From assembly GCA_964291495.2 (NCBI GenBank), contig OZ219871.1:96001-160000 (forward strand): a stretch of DNA of 64,000 bases. The letters run 5' to 3'. How positions within the stretch are numbered: the stretch's first letter is position 1; every line of letters begins with the position of its first letter. This document shows positions 37,465-46,714 of the stretch, in pieces. The position numbers were made by a program, and so were the translations under genes. Source of the stretch: Dehalococcoidia bacterium. GTDB taxonomy: Bacteria; Chloroflexota; Dehalococcoidia; UBA2979. The notes beneath the pieces are model-generated. The model was not told where the DNA came from. It made no database searches and was given only the letters and a program-made list of their open reading frames with translations.

Positions 37465-38691
37465 TCAGGCGGCCAGGCCCAGCATCTCCCCCGCCATCGA
37501 GGCGATGTGCTCGCCGATCAGCAGCGAGGAGGTCGCGCCCGGCGAGGGCGCGTTGAGCACGTGCAGGGCCGCCTCGGTGCGCTCGATCAGGAAGTCGTCG
37601 AGCAGCGCGCCGTCCGGCGCGACGGCCTGCGCACGCACGCCGGAGCCGCCCGTGGTGAGGTCCTCGCCGCGAACCTCCGGGATCAGCCGCTGGAGGTCGC
37701 GCACGAAGACGGACTTGCGCAGCGATCGGTGCACCTCGTTGAGCCCCGCCCGCCACTCGCGCAGCGCGACGCGCCAGAAGCCGCCGTAGCGCGCGATCTC
37801 CCACACATCGCCGAGGTTCACGTCGCGCTTGCGGTAGCCCTCGCGCGCGCTTGCGAGGACGGCGTTGGGGCCGGCCTCGACGTAGCCGCGCATGTTGCGC
37901 GTGAAGTGCACGCCGAGGAAGGGCAGCGCAGGGTCCGGCACGGGGTAGATCAATCCGCGCACGAGGTTGGCCCGCTCCGGCCGCAGCGTGTAGTACTCGC
38001 CCCGGAAGGGGATGATCCGCACCGGCGTGCGCGCCCCCAGCCGCCGGGCGACGCGATCGGCGTGCAGCCCCGCGCAGTTCACGAACAACCGCGCGGAACG
38101 CTCCACCTCGCCTGCTCGCACGTAGCGCACCCCGCCGGCGACATGCGAGGCCTCGACGGGTGCGCCGAGCAGCACCTCGCCCCCCGCCTCACGGACGATG
38201 CCGGCGTACGCCTCGGCCAGCAGCGTGAAGTCGACGATGCCCGTCGAGGGTACCCAGAGCGCGCGCAGGGCGCGCACGTGCGGCTCGATCTCGGCCACCC
38301 GCTCCGGCCCCACCAGCTCGTGCCCCCGCACCCCGTTCGCCGTCGCCCGCTCGGCGAGCGTCTCGAGGCGTGGCAGCTCTTCCTCGCGCGTGGCGACGAT
38401 CAGTTTGCCGCACAGCTCGTGGGGAATCTCGTGCTCCTCGCAGAAGCGCACGAGGGCGTCCCGGCCGCGCACGCAGAACTCGCTCTTGAGCGAGCCGGGC
38501 CGGTAGTAGATGCCGGAGTGGATCACGCCGCTGTTGTGCGAGGTCTGCTGCCCGGCGATCCGCGCGTCCTTCTCCAGCACGCAGACGCGCAGTTGCGGCC
38601 AGCGCTCCAACAGCGCCTTCGCCGTCGCGAGGCCGACGATGCCCGCGCCGATGACGGCAACGTCGTGCGTGGCCTCGTTCGCGGCGCTCAT
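37465..38691 (-). CDS. lhgO: L-2-hydroxyglutarate oxidase family FAD oxidoreductase
   Basis: IGAGIVGLA, TSHNSGVIHSGIYY, PFRGEY, PFLGVHFT and NAPSPGATSSL motifs. Confidence 0.9.
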   Translation of the reverse strand: MSAANEATHDVAVIGAGIVGLATAKALLERWPQLRVCVLEKDARIAGQQTSHNSGVIHSGIYYRPGSLKSEFCVRGRDALVRFCEEHEIPHELCGKLIVATREEELPRLETLAERATANGVRGHELVGPERVAEIEPHVRALRALWVPSTGIVDFTLLAEAYAGIVREAGGEVLLGAPVEASHVAGGVRYVRAGEVERSARLFVNCAGLHADRVARRLGARTPVRIIPFRGEYYTLRPERANLVRGLIYPVPDPALPFLGVHFTRNMRGYVEAGPNAVLASAREGYRKRDVNLGDVWEIARYGGFWRVALREWRAGLNEVHRSLRKSVFVRDLQRLIPEVRGEDLTTGGSGVRAQAVAPDGALLDDFLIERTEAALHVLNAPSPGATSSLLIGEHIASMAGEMLGLAA

Positions 38692-39398
38692 GCGACCGTC
38701 GCCACGGTGCGCGCCACGGCGAGCAGCGCCTCCACGGTGGCCGCGCCGCCCGAGAGGTCTTGCAGTAGCAGGTCGGCGTCGGCCTCGCGCAGCTGCTCGG
38801 CGCCGTGCCAGCCGGTGGCGACGCCGATGGCCGCCGCTCCGATGGCGTGCGCCGCGCGGACGTCGTGCTCCGTATCGCCGACGTGCGCGAGCGGCGCGCC
38901 GGGCGTCCAGCCGATTGCGTGCGCTGCCTCGCGCGTGACGTCCACGCGGTCCGCGTGGCGGTCGCCGAAGCCGCCCGTGGCGAAGTAGCCGTCGATGCCG
39001 GCGCTGCGCAGCTTGGCGAACGCGCCGGCCCGCATGTTGCCGGTGCAGAGGCCCAGCGCGACGTCGTCACGCGCCGCGAGCCGCTCAAGCAGGTCCGTGA
39101 CTCCCGGCAGTGCGCGCGGGTTCCGCGCGTCCAGCTCCTCCTCGAGGATCTCGAGGTAACGCGGGACGTAGGCCTCGCGGTCGATCGGCACACCCGTCGT
39201 GCGCTCGACCTCGGAGATGATCCAGCAGTCGGTGCGGCCGGCGAAGATGACGCCGTCCAGCGCGCCGGACACTCCGGTCGCCTCGTCGTAGGCGCGCTCG
39301 AGGGCGGCGCGGCCCGCGCCCTCGGCCTCCATCAGCGTGCCGTCGATGTCGAACAGCAGGTAGCTGCGGGCCTCGGGGCCGGCGCGGTCGGTGGTCAT
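38688..39398 (-). CDS. HAD-superfamily hydrolase
   Basis: LFDIDGTL, TGN and VGDTEHDV motifs. Confidence 0.9.
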   Translation of the reverse strand: MTTDRAGPEARSYLLFDIDGTLMEAEGAGRAALERAYDEATGVSGALDGVIFAGRTDCWIISEVERTTGVPIDREAYVPRYLEILEEELDARNPRALPGVTDLLERLAARDDVALGLCTGNMRAGAFAKLRSAGIDGYFATGGFGDRHADRVDVTREAAHAIGWTPGAPLAHVGDTEHDVRAAHAIGAAAIGVATGWHGAEQLREADADLLLQDLSGGAATVEALLAVARTVATVA

Positions 39399-39423
39399 GC
39401 GCGTGCGGGCGGCGCGCCCGCCG

Positions 39424-39759
39424 CTACAGCTCCATCGGGTATCCGGCCTCGCGCCAGTCGTCGTGCCCGCCCTCGACGTTGTAGAGGTCGGTCAGGCCCA
39501 TGGTGGCGGCGAACTCGGCGGCGACGGCGGAGCGCTGGCCGGACTTGCAGATGAAGAGGATGGGGCGGTCGGTCGCGAGCTCCCCGGCGCGCGGCAGTGT
39601 CGCCATGTGCGGGATGTTGAGGGAGCCGGGCACGTGGCCCTCGGCGTGCTCGTACGGCTCGCGCGTGTCCACCACCTGCACGTCGCCTTGCTCGATCATC
39701 TCGTGCGCCTCGTGGACGTCGATGCGCGTGAAGGGTTCCAGCTCGTTCTTGACGGCCAT
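39424..39759 (-). CDS. Single-domain rhodanese
   Basis: DTREPYE, GHVPG, ICKSGQRS and NVEGG..W motifs. Confidence 0.9.
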   Translation of the reverse strand: MAVKNELEPFTRIDVHEAHEMIEQGDVQVVDTREPYEHAEGHVPGSLNIPHMATLPRAGELATDRPILFICKSGQRSAVAAEFAATMGLTDLYNVEGGHDDWREAGYPMEL

Positions 39760-39855
39760 CGGTCGTTCCTCTCGGCGTGGGTCAGGCCTGGAATCGGTGT
39801 CCTGCAAGCGAGTGTAGCAGAGCCGCCGCGGAGCGCCGGTTCCGCGGGCTACCGG

Positions 39856-40548
39856 CTACTGGTCGAACTCGGAGCGCGGCTCGCCCTCGCGGTGCAAGTA
39901 GGCCATGGAGGCGCGGTAGTCGTCCGGGTCGATCCGCTCCTCGCCGTGCAGGAAGGTGAGCAGCACCTCCAGCGTGAGCGTCGGGTGCAGCCGCACGCCG
40001 AGCGCCTCGAGGCGGCGTGTAGCGCCCTGCTCGCGGTCGATCAGCACCGCGGCGTCGCGCACGCGCAGGCCCGCGCGCCGCAGGCTCTCCACCGCCTCGA
40101 CAAGCGAGCCCCCGCCAGTCGCGAGGTCGTCGACGATCAGCGCGGTCTGGCCGGGCCGGTAGCTGCCCTCGATCTGTGGCCGCTGGCCCGGCTCGTCGCC
40201 GGCCGCGCGAGGACGGGCGTAGATGAGGGGCATCCGCATCTGCAGCGAGAGCGCGGTCGCGATGTGCAGCCCGCCGATCGGGACGCCCGCGATCACGTCG
40301 AAGCGCTCCACGTGCGGGTTGCGCATCGACATCGCGAGCCGCAGCTCCTCGTCGATCAGCGTCCCGACGCGCGCGAGCGCCTCGGGCTGGGAGACGATCA
40401 GCTTGGGATTGATGTAGATCGGCGAGTTGCGGACAGTGCGGCCCAGCGAGAAGTCGCCGAACTGCACGCAGCCGATGCGCCAGAGCAGGTCGGCGAGCCA
40501 GAGGCGGCCACGCGGCTCGTCCGCACCCGCGTCCCGCGGCAGCGTCAC
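39856..40548 (-). CDS. Orotate phosphoribosyltransferase-like (PyrE-like, divergent) protein
   Basis: FGDFSL..SPIYIN, IVDDLATGGGS PRPP loop and LIDREQG motifs; flexible catalytic loop altered. Confidence 0.8.
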   Translation of the reverse strand: MTLPRDAGADEPRGRLWLADLLWRIGCVQFGDFSLGRTVRNSPIYINPKLIVSQPEALARVGTLIDEELRLAMSMRNPHVERFDVIAGVPIGGLHIATALSLQMRMPLIYARPRAAGDEPGQRPQIEGSYRPGQTALIVDDLATGGGSLVEAVESLRRAGLRVRDAAVLIDREQGATRRLEALGVRLHPTLTLEVLLTFLHGEERIDPDDYRASMAYLHREGEPRSEFDQ

Positions 40549-40578
40549 GCTCGGGCCTCCGGCGTCCTGGGGCGCGTC

Positions 40579-40794
40579 CTAGATCAGGCGGCGGAGCGGC
40601 TTGCGGCCGGGGCGCGGGTCGTAGTTGGCCTTGAACATCTCGAGCTTGTCGCGCTCGATCAGGTACTTGCCGGCGAAGAGCACCGCGGGCACGCGCTTCT
40701 GCTTGATCAGCCTGCGCAGGCTCTGGGGATGGATGCCCAGCTCGCGGGCGGCCTCCACGAGATCGAGGTAGTCGTCGAACGGGGAGTCGGGCAC
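40579..40794 (-). CDS. Small excisionase/BldC-like helix-turn-helix DNA-binding protein
   Basis: YLDLVEAARELGIHPQSLRRLIKQKRVPA; GTG start 6 nt after AGGAGG. Confidence 0.85.
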   Translation of the reverse strand: MPDSPFDDYLDLVEAARELGIHPQSLRRLIKQKRVPAVLFAGKYLIERDKLEMFKANYDPRPGRKPLRRLI

Positions 40795-40828
40795 GCAGCT
40801 CCTCCTGTCGGCATGGAATTGTTGACGT

Positions 40829-40875
40829 GCATACGCAACCATAACTTGCCAACAGGCCAATTGTAAAGCGCATAC
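40829..40875 (-). promoter_or_regulatory. Sigma70-like promoter TTTACA-N18-TATGGT flanked by GCATAC direct repeats
   Basis: AT-rich patch; -35 at 40862-40867, -10 at 40838-40843; GCATAC at 40829 and 40870. Confidence 0.5.
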
Positions 40876-40895
40876 ACATTTCCGGCGCGGCCGGA

Positions 40896-40978
40896 GCAGC
40901 GAGCGCATCCCTTCCGGTCCCCTCTCCCCGAGGGAGAGGGAGTCGGATCGGGCTTGTGGGAGTCTCGCAACGGTCTCC
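40896..40978. repeat. Intergenic repeat cluster 4 (deleted derivative of the 11835-12062 element)
   Basis: gcagcgagcgcatcccttccggtcccctctccccgagggagaggg is shared with 59478-59520; its GGTCTC end matches the 11835 end. Confidence 0.8.
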
Positions 40979-41012
40979 CGATGGGACAGGACTGCGGTGA
41001 GGGTAGCGGCGG

Positions 41013-42221
41013 CTATGGCAGCGCGGGCGCGCCCGCCTCGCGCAGTCGCGCGACGAGCGCGGGGAGGCGCTCCACGACGTAGTCGACGTCGGCCTCGCTG
41101 AGTTCCGGCGACAGCGACATCCGCACTGAGCCGATCGCCAACTCCAGCGGCACACCCATCGCCAGCAGCACGTGCGAGGGCTCCCATGTCGCCGAGGTGC
41201 AGGCGGCTCCGGCCGAGCACTCGACGCCGATCTCGTCCAGCGCGCCGACGAGCGACTCGCCCTCGATGCCGTCGAAGCAGAGGTGAAGGTTGTGTGGCAG
41301 CCGCTGCGAGGGGTGGCCGTTGAGCCTCGCGCCGGGCAGCGCCGCGGCGAGGCCGTCGCGGAGCCGGTCGCGCAGCGCCGAGGTGCGCTCGCTGAAGGCC
41401 TCGCGCTCGGCCTGCGCGAGCCGCAGCGCGGTCGCGAAGCCAGCCGCGCCGGGCACGTTCTCCGTGCCGGAGCGGCGCTGCCGCTCCTGGCCGCCGCCGG
41501 AGGTCTGCTCCAGGAACGGCACGCCTCGGCGGATGTAGAGCAGCCCCACGCCCTTCGGCCCGCCGAACTTGTGCCCCGACAGCGAAAGCAGGTCCACTCC
41601 GAGCGCGTCCACGTCGAGCGGCAGCGACGCCGCTGCCTGCACCGCGTCCGTATGGAACGGGATCGCCCGGCCGATCGCGCGCTGGCGCTCGCGCACCGCC
41701 TCGACGATCGCGGGCAGCGGCTGGACCGTGCCCACCTCGTTGTTGGCGTACATCACCGAGACCAGCACCGTGTCGTCGCGCACCGCCGCCGCGATCGCCG
41801 CCGGGTCGGCGACGCCCTGCTCGTCGACCGGGACTATCTCGACCTCGAAGCCGAAGCGTTCGAGGTAGTGCATCGAGTGGAGGACAGCGTGGTGCTCGAC
41901 GGCGCTGGTGACGACGTGCGCGCCGGCCCCGGCCTCGCGCTGGGCGAAGGCGACGCCTTTGATCGCGGCGTTGATGCTCTCCGTCCCGCCCGAGGTGAAG
42001 ACGACCTCCTCGGCCCGCGCGCCGATCACCTCGGCGACAGTCTCGCGCGCCCCGGCGAGCGCCTCGGCCGAGGCGCGCCCGCCCGCGTGATGCGCCGAGG
42101 GGTTGCCGAAGTGCTGCGAGAACAGCGGCAGCATCACCTCGAGCGCCTCGGCGCGCACCGCCGTCGACGCGGCCGCGTCGAGGTAGATTCGGCGCTCGGG
42201 AGTGTTCGAGGAGTTGGTCAT
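41013..42221 (-). CDS. iscS: Cysteine desulfurase (IscS/NifS group I)
   Basis: IYLDAAAS, FTSGGTES, HTDAVQ, SGHKFGGPKG, RSGTEN and SAGAAC motifs. Confidence 0.92.
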   Translation of the reverse strand: MTNSSNTPERRIYLDAAASTAVRAEALEVMLPLFSQHFGNPSAHHAGGRASAEALAGARETVAEVIGARAEEVVFTSGGTESINAAIKGVAFAQREAGAGAHVVTSAVEHHAVLHSMHYLERFGFEVEIVPVDEQGVADPAAIAAAVRDDTVLVSVMYANNEVGTVQPLPAIVEAVRERQRAIGRAIPFHTDAVQAAASLPLDVDALGVDLLSLSGHKFGGPKGVGLLYIRRGVPFLEQTSGGGQERQRRSGTENVPGAAGFATALRLAQAEREAFSERTSALRDRLRDGLAAALPGARLNGHPSQRLPHNLHLCFDGIEGESLVGALDEIGVECSAGAACTSATWEPSHVLLAMGVPLELAIGSVRMSLSPELSEADVDYVVERLPALVARLREAGAPALP

Positions 42222-42270
42222 GCCGCGATGGTACCGCGTTGCGGGTGGCAACGGGTCCAGGGCCAGCCCC

Positions 42271-43698
42271 CTACAGCGCCGCCAGCCACTCGCGGTACGC
42301 AACCACACGCGAGAGGGCGAGGGCGGCTCGGTCGAAGGACTGGTAGACGGCAAAGCCGCGTCCGATCACGTCGTCGCGCAGCGGGATCACGTCCTCGTCC
42401 TTGTGGCCGGGGTGCATCACCGTCACGAGCGGCAGGCCGGTGCGCGTGCGGAAGTCATCGAGGGTGCCCATCATCTCGTCGAACAGCCCCGGCTCTTCCT
42501 TCCAGAAGCGCGCGAAGAAGTTCGCCGTGAACTCGTACACCATGCCGTCGATGTTCGGGTCCTCGGCGAGGATGTCCATGATCCGCCGCAGGTGGTCCGA
42601 GTCGCCCGCGCGCCCGATCGTGTTCGCCATGTCGAACGGGTTGCGGTAGGAGCCGCCGATCACGTTGAAGAACTCGCCCAGCTGCTCGTAGGAGTTGTCC
42701 GCCAGCTCCGGCACCTCGAGGCCGACGCGACCGAAGGCGTCCGAGATCGCGACCGACTGCCCGCCCGTCATCGCCATCAGCGCCAGGCGGCGGCCCTGCG
42801 GCGGCGCCGAGTGCACCAGCGCCTGGATGACGTCGATCACCTCGTCCCCGCTGTTGGCCGGGATCGCGCCGGTCTGCTTGATCAGCGCGTCCCAGGTCGC
42901 CGATGAGGTCGCGAGCGAGGCCGTGTGCGAGCGCGTCGCGCGCTGTCCGGCGCTGGTCTGCCCGCCCTTCCAGATCACCACCGGCTTGATGCGCGTGGTC
43001 TCGCGCAGCGCCTCGAAGAAGCGCCGCCCATCCTTCAATCCCTCGAGGTACATCCCGATCACCTCGGTGTCGGGGTCGTCCCGCAGGTACTCGAGGTAGT
43101 CCGCCTCGTTGACGACCACCGCGTTGCCGATCGAGATGCCGCGGCCGACGCCGATGCCGGCGCGCTGGGCGGCCGTGGTCATGTTGATCGTGTGCGTCCC
43201 GCTCTGGCCGACGATCGAGACGTTGCCGCTGTCGCCCTGGTCCACGTCGGAGTGGAACTTGACGCCTCGGCGGCGGTTGTAGACGCCCATGCAGTTCGGC
43301 CCGACGACGGGCATGCCGTCGGCGTTCGCCATCTCGACGATCGCTTCCTGCAGCTTGATGCCGTCCTCCTCGCCGGTCTCGGCGAAGCCGGCGGTGAACA
43401 TCGCCATCCCGGCGACGCCCTTCTTGATCGCGTCGCTAAGGATGAAGGGCGCGATGTTCCGGGGCACCGCGCAGATCACGAGGTCGATGTCCTCGGGGAC
43501 GTCTTCGAGCTTCAGGTAGTTGGTGAAGCCGCGCTTCTCGATCTCGACGATCTCGTTGGGGTCGAGCTGCACGGAGTAGAGCGGGCCCTGGAACTCGCGC
43601 TGGTTCTCGATCCAGCCGAAGTCCGGCCCCTTCGCGCCGACGACGGCGACGGTGCGCGGAGTGAGCGTGCGGTGCAGCCGATCGCGGTCGACGGCCAT
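42271..43698 (-). CDS. NDP-forming acyl-CoA synthetase, alpha (CoA-binding) subunit
   Basis: TAGFAETG, GPNCMG, QSG, SHTASL (phospho-His) and NPFD motifs. Confidence 0.9.
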   Translation of the reverse strand: MAVDRDRLHRTLTPRTVAVVGAKGPDFGWIENQREFQGPLYSVQLDPNEIVEIEKRGFTNYLKLEDVPEDIDLVICAVPRNIAPFILSDAIKKGVAGMAMFTAGFAETGEEDGIKLQEAIVEMANADGMPVVGPNCMGVYNRRRGVKFHSDVDQGDSGNVSIVGQSGTHTINMTTAAQRAGIGVGRGISIGNAVVVNEADYLEYLRDDPDTEVIGMYLEGLKDGRRFFEALRETTRIKPVVIWKGGQTSAGQRATRSHTASLATSSATWDALIKQTGAIPANSGDEVIDVIQALVHSAPPQGRRLALMAMTGGQSVAISDAFGRVGLEVPELADNSYEQLGEFFNVIGGSYRNPFDMANTIGRAGDSDHLRRIMDILAEDPNIDGMVYEFTANFFARFWKEEPGLFDEMMGTLDDFRTRTGLPLVTVMHPGHKDEDVIPLRDDVIGRGFAVYQSFDRAALALSRVVAYREWLAAL

Positions 43699-43705
43699 CG
43701 AGGCG

Positions 43706-44410
43706 CTATGCCTCCGCGAGGACGACGCGCGCGTCCACCGCGATCGCGCCGTCCGGGCGCGCGAACACCGGGTTCAGGTCCAGCTCGGCGATCTCCGGGT
43801 GCGCCTCCGCGAAGGCGGAGACCTCGAGGATCATCGCCTCCAGCGCGTCGATGTCGGCGCCGGGCTGCCCGCGCACGCCCTCGAGGACCGGGTAGCCCTT
43901 GATCTCGCGCACGATCTGGCCGGCGTCGCGCGGCTCCAGGGGTACGATGCGGAAGGCCACGTCCTTGAGGACCTCGACCATGATGCCGCCGAGGCCGAAG
44001 GCGAGCACGGGCCCGAACTGCGGGTCCGTGGTCATGCCGATGATCACCTCGACGCCGGGGTCGGCCATCTGCTGCACGGAGACGCCGCCCACGTGGGCGT
44101 CCGGCTCGGCGGCCTTCACCGAGGCCATGATGCGGTCGTAGGCCGCGCGCACGGCGTCGCCGTCGCCAAGCCCGAGCTCGACGCCGCCGACATCGGACTT
44201 GTGGGCGATGTCGCCGGAGACGACCTTGAGGACGGCCGGGTAGCCGAACTCCTCGGCCGCTGCGACGGCCTCGTCGGCGCTCGTGGCGAGCCGCGCCTGG
44301 GTCACGTTGATGCCCGCGTCATGGAGCACCTGCTTGGACTCGACCTCGGTCAGTAGTGTGCGGCCGTCCGCGCGGGCGGCGGCGATCGGGTCGCTCAACT
44401 GGTGCTCCAA
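43706..44410 (-). CDS. NDP-forming acyl-CoA synthetase, beta (ATP-grasp) subunit
   Basis: HKSDVGGV, DPQFGP, ELDLNP and AVDARV motifs. Confidence 0.9.
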   Translation of the reverse strand: MEHQLSDPIAAARADGRTLLTEVESKQVLHDAGINVTQARLATSADEAVAAAEEFGYPAVLKVVSGDIAHKSDVGGVELGLGDGDAVRAAYDRIMASVKAAEPDAHVGGVSVQQMADPGVEVIIGMTTDPQFGPVLAFGLGGIMVEVLKDVAFRIVPLEPRDAGQIVREIKGYPVLEGVRGQPGADIDALEAMILEVSAFAEAHPEIAELDLNPVFARPDGAIAVDARVVLAEA

Positions 44411-44490
44411 TCCTCGTTGCGGCGTAAGGCGCTGCGAGCATACGGACGCGCGTTCGTGAGCCGCAAGCGAGGCGGGCGGCGGAAGGAGCC

Positions 44491-45759
44491 TCAGGCGATG
44501 ACCCGGAACAGCCGGGAGCCCTCGATGCCGACCGGCCGGCGGAGCTGGTCGAGCGCGTGCCCGGCCAGTGCCGCCAGCGCGCGCCCGTCGTTCGGGTGGT
44601 GCACGGGCCCGGAGCGGACATCGCGGTAGCAGCGCTCAAGGGGAGAGCCGTCGCGGAGTGCTGCTCCGCCGACGACGCGCATCGCGGCGTCGACGACGCG
44701 GACCGCGGTCGAGGTGACGACCAGCTTCGCGGCCGCCTCGATTGGCTCGATCGCCTCGAAGCGGGGCGATTCGAGCAGTTCGAGTCCGGCTGCCGATGCG
44801 GCGACGAGGATCGTCGATTCGGCGGCCATCAGCTCGGCGTCCATCTGCCCGGTGAGCTCGCGGACGTGCGGGTCATCGGCGACGCGGGCCCCTCCGCCGG
44901 GCCGCCGGGTGCGGGCGTGCTCGACGGCGTGATTCCGCGCGGCGCGCGCGATACCGAGGTAGACCGCGGCGACCGGCAGCGCGAACCACGGAGTCATCGC
45001 CGGGCGCTTCGTGAGCACGCGGGAGGAGGAACGGTTGACGATGTCGTCCGCCTCGACGGGCGTGGCGTCGAAGATCACGTCGTGCGAGGCGGTCGCCCGC
45101 ATCCCGATCGCGTCCCAGGTCCGCTCGATCGAGATGCCGGGCGCCGACATCGGCAGCAGCACGAGGCAGACGTCGTCCGACCCGTCGTCCACCGAGGCGT
45201 AGACCACCGCGTGGCTCAGCCGCTCGGCGAACGTTGCGAACGACTTGCGTCCGCGCAGCAGCCAGCGGTCCGGGCCGTCCGGGGTGAGGGTCGTCGCGGG
45301 CCGCTCGAGGCGCTGCGGGGCCCCGAGCTCCGGCTCCGTGGCCAGGACGTTGAAGAGCGCGCCGGGCTGCCGGGCGTAGCCGAAGAGGCGTTCGCGGCGG
45401 CGCGGGTGCCAGCGCGTCCCCCACCCCTCGTTGCCGATGACCATCAGGTGCATCCCGACGCCGAGCGCGGTCGACGCGTCGTGCTCGGCGAGGGCAGCCT
45501 GCGCCAGCACGATCTCCCCGAGGCTGTGCCCGCCGCCGCCTGCCGGCCGTGGCATGACCGCATTCAGGTAGCCCGCGGCTCGCAGATCCTCGAGCAGTGC
45601 GGTGTTGATCTCGCCGCTGCGGTCGCACTCGGCCGCGGCGGCGGCGTGCGCGGCGCCGAGGTTGCGCGCGATGTCGATCAGCTCGCGGCACGGCGGCGCG
45701 ACCGTCGCCGGTCCGCCCAGTCCAACGAATCGTGTTGCTTCGGCGGGAGCGTGCGTCAC
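44491..45759 (-). CDS. Acyl-CoA dehydrogenase-fold flavoprotein
   Basis: TEP, LRGRKSFAT, WDAIGMRATASHDV and LERCYRDVR motifs. Confidence 0.85.
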   Translation of the reverse strand: MTHAPAEATRFVGLGGPATVAPPCRELIDIARNLGAAHAAAAAECDRSGEINTALLEDLRAAGYLNAVMPRPAGGGGHSLGEIVLAQAALAEHDASTALGVGMHLMVIGNEGWGTRWHPRRRERLFGYARQPGALFNVLATEPELGAPQRLERPATTLTPDGPDRWLLRGRKSFATFAERLSHAVVYASVDDGSDDVCLVLLPMSAPGISIERTWDAIGMRATASHDVIFDATPVEADDIVNRSSSRVLTKRPAMTPWFALPVAAVYLGIARAARNHAVEHARTRRPGGGARVADDPHVRELTGQMDAELMAAESTILVAASAAGLELLESPRFEAIEPIEAAAKLVVTSTAVRVVDAAMRVVGGAALRDGSPLERCYRDVRSGPVHHPNDGRALAALAGHALDQLRRPVGIEGSRLFRVIA

Positions 45760-45794
45760 GGGTGACCTCCAGGCAGCGCTTCACGGAACCAGTA

Positions 45795-45811
45795 ATGATA
45801 CTCAGTATCAT
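45795..45811. promoter_or_regulatory. Perfect palindrome ATGATACT-C-AGTATCAT, TetR-type operator candidate
   Basis: 8-bp arms, AT-rich, 36 nt upstream of the ACAD start, within the divergent ACAD/pth spacer. Confidence 0.6.
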
Positions 45812-45891
45812 ACAACGGAGTCCAGACCCGACGGCTGGCCCGCCGGCACGCGCCCTTGCGCCTGTGCCGTGGGGGGCCAGACGATGGCTGC

Positions 45892-46593
45892 ATGGGCCTG
45901 CGCCGCCGCTTCGCTGCCTTCCGCGCCCGCCTCCGCGAGGCGCCCCGCCACGACGCCTCGCCCGACGAGGCCGAGGAGGCTCCGGCGGGCGAGGCGGTGC
46001 GCCCGAGGCTCGTCGTCGGCCTGGGCAACCCGGGCGCCGAGTACCGCGGTACGCGCCACAACGCCGGCGCCTCCTGCATCGAGCGGCTTGCCTCGCGCTA
46101 CGGCGCGCAGCTCTCGCGCGACCGCCGCGTGCTGCGCGCGACGATCGAGATCGAGGGGCACACGCTGCACCTCGCCACGCCGCGCAGCTACTACAACGAG
46201 AGCGGGCCGGCCGTCGCCTCGGAGCTGCGGCGGCTGCGCCTGCTGCGCGACGCCCTGCTCGTCGTCTACGACGAGATCGACCTGCCGCTCGCGCGCGTGC
46301 GGATGCGCCCGCAGGGCGGCCACGGCGGCAACAACGGGATGCGCTCGATCATCGGCTCGCTCGGCGGCGGCGACTTCCCGCGCATCCGCATCGGCATCGA
46401 CCGCCCCTACGACGACGGCAAGCCCGTGCGCGACCCCGACCGCGTGGCGGACTGGGTGCTCGGCAAGCCCGGCCGCGAGGAGCGTGAAGCCCTCGAGGCC
46501 GCCGTCGAGGCGGCAGCCGACGCGGTGGAGGTTGCCGTGCGCGAGAGCGTCGAGGCGGCGATGCGCAGCCTCCACGCCGGCGGCGAGGACTAG
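45892..46593 (+). CDS. pth: Peptidyl-tRNA hydrolase
   Basis: LVVGLGNPG, TRHNAG, NESG, YDEID, GGNNGMRS and RIRIGI motifs; start 45892 or GTG 45997. Confidence 0.95.
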   Translation: MGLRRRFAAFRARLREAPRHDASPDEAEEAPAGEAVRPRLVVGLGNPGAEYRGTRHNAGASCIERLASRYGAQLSRDRRVLRATIEIEGHTLHLATPRSYYNESGPAVASELRRLRLLRDALLVVYDEIDLPLARVRMRPQGGHGGNNGMRSIIGSLGGGDFPRIRIGIDRPYDDGKPVRDPDRVADWVLGKPGREEREALEAAVEAAADAVEVAVRESVEAAMRSLHAGGED

Positions 46594-46714
46594 CCGCGCG
46601 GCGGGGCATAAACCCGCGCCGCGCTAGACTCGTTGTCACAACAGGCACACCTGACGAGGGGGCTCCGCCGGGAGCGCCCCGTCCTGGGGTGCGCGCCGCT
46701 GCAAGGAGGCCACA

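Noticed and set aside
7203-40794. Cryptic prophage suggested by thyX, dut, amidase and an Xis-like HTH
   Set aside because: The genes are scattered among housekeeping genes, with no structural, terminase or integrase genes
46650-46690. Hammerhead ribozyme (CTGACGAG followed by a stem)
   Set aside because: The required GAAA after stem II is absent
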